Virus record (IMG/VR): IMGVR_UViG_3300021197_001931
Coordinates: 1 to 64,000 of that record
From: a virus
DNA length: 64,000 bases
Reading direction: 5' to 3' (one strand)
The translations under genes and the position numbers were made by a program. Below, one piece after another: positions 45,222 to 54,600 of this stretch; positions within the stretch are counted from its first letter, which is position 1; each line of letters begins with the position of its first letter. The notes beneath the pieces are model-generated. The model was not told the DNA's origin, ran no database searches, and worked only from the letters and a program-made list of their open reading frames with translations.

Positions 45222-47018
45222 ATGACAAAAAATAAGGTGCCGATTAAATACACCAGCCGAGACTTTGAATCGATTAGAAGAGATTTGATCGATTACGCAA
45301 AGAGATATTATTCTGAAACGTTTAGAGACTTTAGTGATGCTTCGTTTGGGTCTCTAATGATAGATAGCGTTGCCTACATAGGCGATATCTTGTCTTTTTA
45401 CTTAGATTACCAGGTTAACGAAACGTTTCTAAACTCTGCCATCGAATACAACAACGTTATCAACATAGGCGAGCAAATGGGGTATAAATTTAAAGGCCCT
45501 GCATCCTCATACGGGGTGTGTGCGTTCTATGTAAAGATCCCCTCAAACACATCAGGAATTGGACCAGATACTTCCTATGTTCCAATATTAAAGAAGGGTG
45601 CCACTGTTTCCTCTACTGGAGGGGCGACCTTCATACTACTTGAGGATGTTGATTTTAATAACCCAACAAATGAAATTGTCAGCCTAGAACAAAATACAAC
45701 GACTAATCAAACAACTTTTTGGGGTATCCAGGCGTTTGGAAGTGTTGTCTCTGGAGAGTTGGGAACAGAAACTATAAATGTGGGCTCTTTTGAAAGATTT
45801 AAGAAGCTAGATTTAAAAGCTCTTGATATAGTTGAAATAATATCTGTAACAGATTCGGAAGGTAATGTTTACTACGAAGTCCCATTCTTGTCGCAAAACG
45901 TAATACACAGAGGTATTCCAAATCGTAATCAGGCAGATAATACTGCGCCCGCATCTATTATCAAGCCTTTTGTTGTTCCTAGGAGATTTGTTATAAAAAG
46001 AACATCTAGGAGGACTTCTCTCCAGTTTGGATATGGCTCTGAAGACGAGACCAACGAAGCATCTGTTGCAGAACCAACAAACGTTGTATTGCAAAAGATA
46101 GGAAAGAACTACATTAATGATACATCTTTTGATCCATCCAAGCTTTTAGATTCAGATAAATTTGGAGTTTCTCCGTCTAATACAACTTTAAGAATTAACT
46201 TTAGAAGAAATACAATCACAAATGCAAATGCATCAGCAGGATCAGTGACAAACATTGTTAGTTCAAGGGTGATCTTTCAAAATCCCACCTCTTTAAACAC
46301 AAACTCTAGATCCTCTGTTGCAAACTCTTTAGCAGTGACCAATTTAAAGCCAATATCTGGCGAATCATCAAACCCTGGATTAGATGAGCTTAGGCAACAA
46401 ATAATGGATAATTTTTCCGCTCAAGATAGAATAGTTACCGAGCAAGATTACAAAGCCTTTATATACACAATGCCAGGAAGGTTCGGGTCAATAACAAGAT
46501 GTGCTATCTATAGAGACACTGATGCGTTTAGAAGAAATTTGAATTTGTATGTCATTTCTTCTGATAAGGATGATTATCTTGTAGAGACAAATTCACAAGT
46601 AAAAGAAAATTTAAAAACTTGGATAGGCCAAAGTAAGATGATCAATGATACTATTGACATTTTGGATGCAAAGGTAGTTAATGTCCAATTAAGGTACACC
46701 CTCCTATCCTATAGCATTAGAGATTCACTAGAGCTTATTGTCAAAGCAAATAGCGCCCTCAAAAAAAGATTTTCTAGAAAATTTGACATAGGGGAAAACT
46801 TCGATTTAGATGAGGTAAGGAAAATTCTCACAAAACTACCAGGAGTTGATGGTGTAAGGAATGTTAGGCTGGTAAATAAGTTTGGTGGTGCGTATTCAAA
46901 CATTTCTTACAACACGGCTGAATATACTGATGCAGAAAACAGATTTGTTGAAGTGCCAAAGAATGTAGTATTGGAAATTAAATACTTAGATACCGATATA
47001 ATAGGAACGTTGAAATAA
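45222..47018 (+). CDS. Baseplate wedge protein, T4 gp6 / baseplate J-like
   Basis: YTSRDFESIR, DFSDASFG, AYIGDILSFYLDYQVNETF, AQDRIVTEQDY. Confidence 0.9.
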   Translation: MTKNKVPIKYTSRDFESIRRDLIDYAKRYYSETFRDFSDASFGSLMIDSVAYIGDILSFYLDYQVNETFLNSAIEYNNVINIGEQMGYKFKGPASSYGVCAFYVKIPSNTSGIGPDTSYVPILKKGATVSSTGGATFILLEDVDFNNPTNEIVSLEQNTTTNQTTFWGIQAFGSVVSGELGTETINVGSFERFKKLDLKALDIVEIISVTDSEGNVYYEVPFLSQNVIHRGIPNRNQADNTAPASIIKPFVVPRRFVIKRTSRRTSLQFGYGSEDETNEASVAEPTNVVLQKIGKNYINDTSFDPSKLLDSDKFGVSPSNTTLRINFRRNTITNANASAGSVTNIVSSRVIFQNPTSLNTNSRSSVANSLAVTNLKPISGESSNPGLDELRQQIMDNFSAQDRIVTEQDYKAFIYTMPGRFGSITRCAIYRDTDAFRRNLNLYVISSDKDDYLVETNSQVKENLKTWIGQSKMINDTIDILDAKVVNVQLRYTLLSYSIRDSLELIVKANSALKKRFSRKFDIGENFDLDEVRKILTKLPGVDGVRNVRLVNKFGGAYSNISYNTAEYTDAENRFVEVPKNVVLEIKYLDTDIIGTLK

Positions 47019-48667
47019 TGGCTATCAAAAGATATGTCGCTGCTAGCGACACAACTATTACAAATGCTTTTAAATCCAACTTGAGAACAAGAGGCACTGG
47101 TTCAAACATGGGTCGTGCCGATAGTCTTGAGGTGTTTTCCATTTATGGACAGGAGAGTTCTGGGTCTTCCGAATTATCTAGAGTTTTAGTGCATTTTGAC
47201 ACTGACGCCATATCAACAGATAGAACAAACGGGACAATACCTGTATCTGGCAGTGTTAGCTTTCATTTAAAAATGACAAATGCCGTGACCCCTTTTACCG
47301 TTCCTCGTAATTTTACGCTTGTTGCTGCCGCTGTTTCTGGGGCTAGTACCAGCATTCATGCCTCTATCGATTTTAATTGGCAAGAGGGTCACGGTATAGA
47401 TATGGACGGGTATACCGATATAACTCGTAATGGCGAAGGGTCCAACTGGATAAATATGGGCTCTAGCAGCACTTTAGGAGTTGTAAAGTGGGGAAATCAG
47501 GCCTCACCCACGGTGGGGGGCATTTATATTGATAATGCTAAATCTACATTTAAGCAATCTTTTGATACTGGTGTAGAAAACCTTGAAATTGATATCACTA
47601 CTTTAGTAGAACAGTGGGTAAACAGTGATGGAAACGTCTTAGGGACTATACCGAACTATGGACTTGGATTGCGATTATCAGCCTCGCAAGAAGCATATAT
47701 TGCAACGGCAGATGCAGCAACAAATGTTCCCGCCAATGATGGCGGTTCAAAAAGATCATATTACACAAAAAAATTCTTTGCAAGAAGTTCTGAGTTCTTT
47801 TACAGGCGCCCTATTATAGAGGCAAGATGGGACTCCGCAACGAAAGATGATAGAGGAAACTTTTATTATAGCAGTTCTTTGGCAACCGCTGATGAAAATT
47901 TAAATACTCTTTACTTGTATAACTATTTTAGAGGCCAGCTTAGAAATATACCAGAAATACAGGGAGGTAAAATATATGTCTCTATATTCTCTGGTTCGAT
48001 GTCAGACGAAGGCTCCGGTAGAGAGGCTCTGCATCTAGTTGCTGATGGAACCCATGTGTTGGCTGCCTCGCCTACTGTTGTTACGGGAGGTCATGTTTCT
48101 ACCGGCATATACTCTGCATCTTTTGCAATAACTGGGTCAAAACCTAAAGCACTAGAGACTTTGTATGATGTCTGGTTCAAGGGCGGAGTTGGCGAAATAA
48201 ACAATGCTTTGGATGCAACGGTGCAGTATCAAACTGGCACAATAGAGCCAAAAAGACTAATGCTGCATCCAGAGAATCCGTCCACCGCTTTTGTTTCAAA
48301 AATAACAAACTTAAGGCCATCATATTCAAATCTAGAGACCGCTAGATTTAGAGTTTTCACGAGACAAAAGAATTGGTATCCATCTATTTATACTAAGGCA
48401 GTTGCCACTGTGCCGCCATTTATAATAGAAAGTGGCTCATATTCAGTTACAAGAGTTGTTGACAATTATAGAGCTATTAGTTTTGGAACAGGTAGTGCTT
48501 TACATACTCAGATGTCCTTTGATGTTTCGGGCAGTTATTTTGACTTGGATATGAGTATGTTGGAGCCAGGCTATGCTTACAAGATCAAGCTTGCTTTCTA
48601 CAATGGTTCTATCGGCGGCTGGCAAGAACAAACGCAAGAATTTAAATTCAGAGTTGAAGAAGGTTAG
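47018..48667 (+). CDS. Virion structural protein (baseplate-associated), rich in [S/T]GS
   Basis: Beta-rich, coupled to gp6; YTKKFFAR...PIIEARW. Confidence 0.7.
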   Translation: MAIKRYVAASDTTITNAFKSNLRTRGTGSNMGRADSLEVFSIYGQESSGSSELSRVLVHFDTDAISTDRTNGTIPVSGSVSFHLKMTNAVTPFTVPRNFTLVAAAVSGASTSIHASIDFNWQEGHGIDMDGYTDITRNGEGSNWINMGSSSTLGVVKWGNQASPTVGGIYIDNAKSTFKQSFDTGVENLEIDITTLVEQWVNSDGNVLGTIPNYGLGLRLSASQEAYIATADAATNVPANDGGSKRSYYTKKFFARSSEFFYRRPIIEARWDSATKDDRGNFYYSSSLATADENLNTLYLYNYFRGQLRNIPEIQGGKIYVSIFSGSMSDEGSGREALHLVADGTHVLAASPTVVTGGHVSTGIYSASFAITGSKPKALETLYDVWFKGGVGEINNALDATVQYQTGTIEPKRLMLHPENPSTAFVSKITNLRPSYSNLETARFRVFTRQKNWYPSIYTKAVATVPPFIIESGSYSVTRVVDNYRAISFGTGSALHTQMSFDVSGSYFDLDMSMLEPGYAYKIKLAFYNGSIGGWQEQTQEFKFRVEEG

Positions 48668-48669
48668 AG

Positions 48670-51600
48670 ATGAGCAGTAGTGATCAATTTAATTCAGGAC
48701 CTAAAACAATCTCAGCAAAAAGCATGGCAGATCTTGGGACTGATGCTGAATCTGCAGAAAATATCATAGCAAAAAAGAATAGGTTAAAAGTCTTTTTACC
48801 TCCAATTGATTATTCCACTGCTTCAAACTTTGCTGTTTATGGATCGGCTGAAAAATATTACACGGACGCAGTAAAAAGAGTTTATTTAGAGTATCCGTAT
48901 GATGGGTCCGAGAAGGAAATAAATGAATATATTTTAAGTTCCTCATTTCTTGATCAATACATTTTTAATAAAAGATATCCGAGAACAAATGGGTTCGCTA
49001 GATTTGCTACAAAAAACTCATGGGGGTCTCTTGTTGACTCATCCGGGGACTACGGAGCACCAGCTACAAGCTCATATGAATATATAACATTTTATGGTGG
49101 ACCAAACACATCTTACAACACCAATGAATCAATCGCCAGCGCGTTCTCTTCATCTCATAATCAAAACAATATTTTTGATTTATCAAAAAAGAGAGGGTCA
49201 AACCTTGCTTTAAATCCGACTAGTGGCTCTACAGTTGAGTTCTGGTTAAATAAGTCTGCGTTTTTGCCGGCATTGACTAAAAAAGAGGTCATCTTAGATA
49301 TATGGAATGGAAATGGTGTTCGCGCCGATTCTAGCTATGGCCGCTTTATGATAGAAATTAGTGCTAGTGGTCACGCTTCTCAAGACGCTACTGGTCGCGG
49401 CGGTCTAAATCCTTTTCGTTTAACATATCTGTCTGGCACAACTGGTATAAGTAATCAAGTAATTGGTTCTACTTCCTTGACCACATCTTCGATAGCAGAT
49501 AACACATGGGCGCATTACGCTATTACTGTTGTTTCATCTTCTGATGAAGGGTTGAACGCCAAATTGTATATAAATGGCGAATTAGATGATTCTAGGGATT
49601 ATGCAGCAATTGGGACCATGAATGAAGTAACTGGCGCATTTAGAGCCAATATCGGTTCTCTTATGTATGAGCCACCAATTGGAACTGATGCACCAAACAT
49701 AGGTTGGGGCAAACTTTCCGCCGATTTAGATGAATTCAGATATTGGAAGATAGAGCGGTCTGCCAAAGACATAGGGAGGAACTGGTTTACACAAGTGCGC
49801 GGAGGCACTAACACAGACGACGCGAACGTTGATCTTGGAGTATATTTTAAATTCAATGAGGGTGTTACTGGAGAAGACTCAGCAGATTCAACCGTTTTAG
49901 ATTATTCCGGTAGGATATCAAATGGTTCGTGGACTGGGTATGATAGCCAATCAAGAAATAGTGGGTCTGCAATTGTCCTATCTAGAGCAGCTTCGTCTGA
50001 ATTCAAGGATCCAATCATATATTCCAGCCATCCGGACGTGGAGTCTATTTTATCTGAATTGAAACTAGAGGGTAGGGTATATGATCAGGAAAACAACTCT
50101 TCAATAATAAACTCTATGCCAGCATGGATCGTTGAGAGTGACACAAATGGTGATTTACAAAATTTGGTGCAAATTGTAGCAAGCTATTTTGATAGGCTGC
50201 AGAACCAAATTAGAGAATTGCCAAGAATAAAAAATATAAGTTATTTAAGCTCTAGCTACGCCTCCCCCGCGTTTGCTTCAGAGTTGGTTAACAGCACGGG
50301 AATGTTTGCGTCTGAGATGTTTATTGATTCTAACATAATAGAAGAAATAATGTCTCGTGATGAAGATAGGAATTTTGATTTAGATTTTGATGAGATAAGA
50401 AATAGAATCTATCAAAACATTTATAATAACCTTATTTACATAAACAAGACAAAAGGGACAGAAAAGGCATTTAGGAATCTTATTCATTGTTATGGGGTAG
50501 ATGAAAGCCTCATAAGAATGAACATGTATGGGGACGAAGTAACATATGAACTAAAAGACAATTTTAGATCATCTGTTGTAGCGAAGAATTTAGTAGATTT
50601 CACCGGGCCAGGAAAAAACCAGGGAACCATTTTCCAAATGAGTGCCTCAAATAATAGTGATAGCGTCTCATTTATAACTGGTTCGGGAGCTACTGGTAAA
50701 GAAGACTTCATTGGCTTTACTTTGGAAAGTGAGATTCTTTTCCCTACGACCCCTGGTATCTGTGAGACAACAGCTAGCATAGGAAACCCAATAGTAACAT
50801 CGTCGTTGTTTGGAATGCATGGGGCAAATGGATATACTCCCGCTGACACTACTTGGCCCGAAAATGATTATGCTGATATTAGAGTTGTAGCCATTAGGCC
50901 TGGTGGGGATTTTAATGAAGATGACGCATATTTTATGGTTACCTCATCATTTGCGGGTCTCCCTACTTTAACAACCGACACTTACAAAGATGTCTACAAC
51001 AATAATAAATGGAATTTTGCTATAAGGATTATAAATGACAAGTATCCTTTAGGCGACGTTGTTACAGGGGTCTCAGGAAGTGATACAGGATATAAGTTGG
51101 AGTTTTATGGGGTCAACCAAACACTTGATGTCACAGAAGACGAATTTTATATAACTGGAGATATTAGCACACAAGATGCCGTAAATGTTTTAAGAAGCGA
51201 CAAGAGGGTTTTTGCTGGCGCCCACAGGACTAATTTTACAGGCTCAATACTCCAGTTTAGTGACGTAAAACTATCCAGTGTTAGGTACTGGGCCAATCAA
51301 ATCTCAAATGATGTTATAAAGGCACATGCTAGAGATACAAGTAATTACGGAACATTTTTCCCACATAGGAATGCGTTTTTAAACCAGTCGACAGCTATTG
51401 GGACATATATACCAGAAATAGAAACGTTAGCCCTTAATTGGAGCTTTGATAACCTGACAGGCTCAAGCCCCACTGGTAGACTAGAGGTGCTTGATAGTTC
51501 TTCTGGTTCACTAGAATTACAAGATAGGTATGGTTGGCTTGGAAAAGTAGTGAAAGCCCAACATACTGCAGTTGGGTTTGGTTTCCCATTTGATGATAAA

Positions 51601-54600
51601 AAAGTCATAAATAGAGAGTTTATCCATACAGCAAAACAATCATTACCAGAAAATGTGCAGTCATCAGAGATGGTTAACATATTGTCTCGTGATGATGAGG
51701 TTTTCACGAGAGACCAGAGGCCAGTAAATTATTATTTCTCTATTGAAAAAAGTATGTATCAGGTAATTTCTGACGAAATATTAAATACGTTTGCAACAAT
51801 AGTTGAATTCAACAACCTAATAGGAGACCCTGTTAACAGATACCGTCAAGATTATAAAATACTTGAAAAAGCTAGGAGTCTTTATTTTGAAGATGTGGAA
51901 AATGTTCCAAGTTTAGATAAATTCATTGATTTTTACAAATGGATTGATTCTTCTTTATCAAATTTCTTGTACCAGCTAATTCCCGCATCTGCTAAGTCGT
52001 CAAACCAAATTAGAACATTGATTGAAAGCCATATATTAGAGAGAAATAAATATTGGACTAAATTTCCAACGCTAGAGAAAAAGGTCCCTGGAGGGCCGTC
52101 TGGGCTAGTAACTGCAGCAGCATCATTGGGGGGAGGAACTAGCGATAGCCCATATCGTTCTCGCGATGGAGCGAATGCTGTACTCGACAGCGCCCCAATA
52201 CCATATGTTGAAACTAAACATGCGTCATATTGGAAAAAGAGAGCATCAAGAACTGAATCGCCGCTAGCGACTGGAATTACAGGCGTTGATAATGATAAGC
52301 AAACAATCTTAAATGCTTTACAGTCTGGGTACGATCGAGATATTAGTAGACCTTTTGTATTAAATAAAAAAGTTGATAAAACTTTTCATGGTGGTACAAA
52401 CTATCCGAAGATAAAAAAGAAAGATATTATTTTTAACGCAACATCCCCAGATGGGCCCCAAGCGACGTCTGGAGTTCCCCTAAATGTAATGCTTGTTAAC
52501 GATACTGAAGTTCAAAATTTTGAAAACATAGACGACATTTTAGATCCAAATAAGAAGAAATTTTATTCCTTCACCTGTAGAATACGCAGGGAAGACGAGA
52601 CTGGCCTACAATATGTAAACAATAACACATATACCTCGGTTCTAAAGGGAGACATAGCAGCCCCATTTAGATTAGTTAGTGGATCAATTACAACAGGATA
52701 TAACAAGTTAATAGCTGAAAACTTTAAAACTGGAACGATACTAACAAATTTGCACGAGGATACGTTTGTAACTAATGAGAGATCTTTACAGGGACCGTTT
52801 ACAGATGCACATGTTGGTGGCCATCAATCTAGGCACATAGACATAAACCGCTTCGATCCGCTGAAAGCTACAATAGACAAAATTGATAATCAGGAAACTC
52901 GACCGGAGGCATGGAGAATCCTAATAGGCACCGAATATGGGACTGATACGACTATGTTGGGTATAACAGGCCCAGACTACCCATATCCTGTGGGCCCGTA
53001 TCCGTATACTTTATTTAAAAAGGCGTCAAGATACAGAAACGTTGGTGCAAAAAGACCAGTAAACATTAGAAACATAAATTATACGACTGCGTCAAATGTA
53101 GTGGGCAATTACTCAAATAATTATGAAATATTTCAAACTGCTGGTAGAAGCATTAACAATAAATATTTTGTGGCCAATGAGGGTATCTCTTTGCCGACCT
53201 CCCCGCTTGATCTAAAAGCTGCACTTCCGCAAACAAACACTTTGTCCACCTTGCTTGGGTTAAAATTTGGATACACATCTTTGGGTAACTACTTTGGAGT
53301 CAAGCTGGCGTCCGATGGGGCTCTAGATGTCAGCAACAGGTATGAAATTTTAGGAAATTTTGATACGATTATGCGAACAGGGTCGGCTACAAAATCTATA
53401 TTTGTAAATAGGTTTTCCGCCCCAGGAGGCCCAGAAGTAAATACCGTAAGCTATTTAGATATCGCAGCGGCAGAAAAGTCAGCTTACAACGCTTTACCAT
53501 TTAGAAATCTATCCGTTCTTACCTCTGGTAGCGGTGAGGCAGCCGCAATACGAGCAGACAATTTAAATAGAAGAATTGGATTAAGAACTCTGCTGAAAGA
53601 GCATGCAGGTTCTTTCGGAACCGGGCTAAATGCAACAATCCCCACCGATGAATATGCATCAGTTCCTTCTTGGCACAAAGTAAATAGAAATCCTGTAAGG
53701 AGGATAGAGATCAATGGGGATAAGAGTCCATCAGACAATTCTTATGTGACCGGCACAATTTATGATAATGGGTTTATATCTCATGCAATACCGAGAGGTG
53801 ATCACCAGTATTCCTGGATATCTGCTTCAGCAGCTCCTTTTGAGAGAATCTATGGGCACGCTTATGGAGATAGCGTTATTTCAAGTTCTGTGGGAGGATT
53901 CCAGCAAGCCATATTGTTTTTGTCGCAAAGCCACAATACTGTTAGTGCTACGTCTGGTAAGCCAATAGTTGTAGATTTTGTTGGCTTAAACACTCTAATT
54001 GTTGAAAATATAGACGTAGAAAACAATATCGCAAGTGGAAGCTCTGGAAAAGGCCGATTGGGTGATTATATAAACATAGACTTTAAAGATGATAACTTGT
54101 CTACTACGTTTGCAGCTGGTGAGGTTTTAAACGCTTTATTGCTGCATAGGAATGGCCCATATGGAGTTAACACATGGACACAAATACGAGGGGGAGATAA
54201 AAAGCTAACCAGATTGTTGAGAAATAGAAACATAATTTCACACTTTAACAAAACAGAGTATGAGTACCCCTTAAAAACAGATAATATAAGGCCAAAGCAG
54301 CTAAGGGGAAAGCTGTTTAACTTTACCGAAGCTCCACTACAGAAAAAGTTTAATTCATTATCACATAATGTTTCTATAAAAACAACTACATCTGATGGTA
54401 GAGAAATAACCAAGAATGCTTCATTTGAAACAAGTTATGGAAACGCATTAAGCTACTTTAATAATGCTGAGTTGGATAATCTACTTGCTGATCAAACTGA
54501 GCAAATTAGTGTTCCCGCCTATGATAAAATAATAAATCTATACACTGGCGATCAAACTAATAACCCAGATAGTCCAATTGAAAAGTTTAACTCACTAACA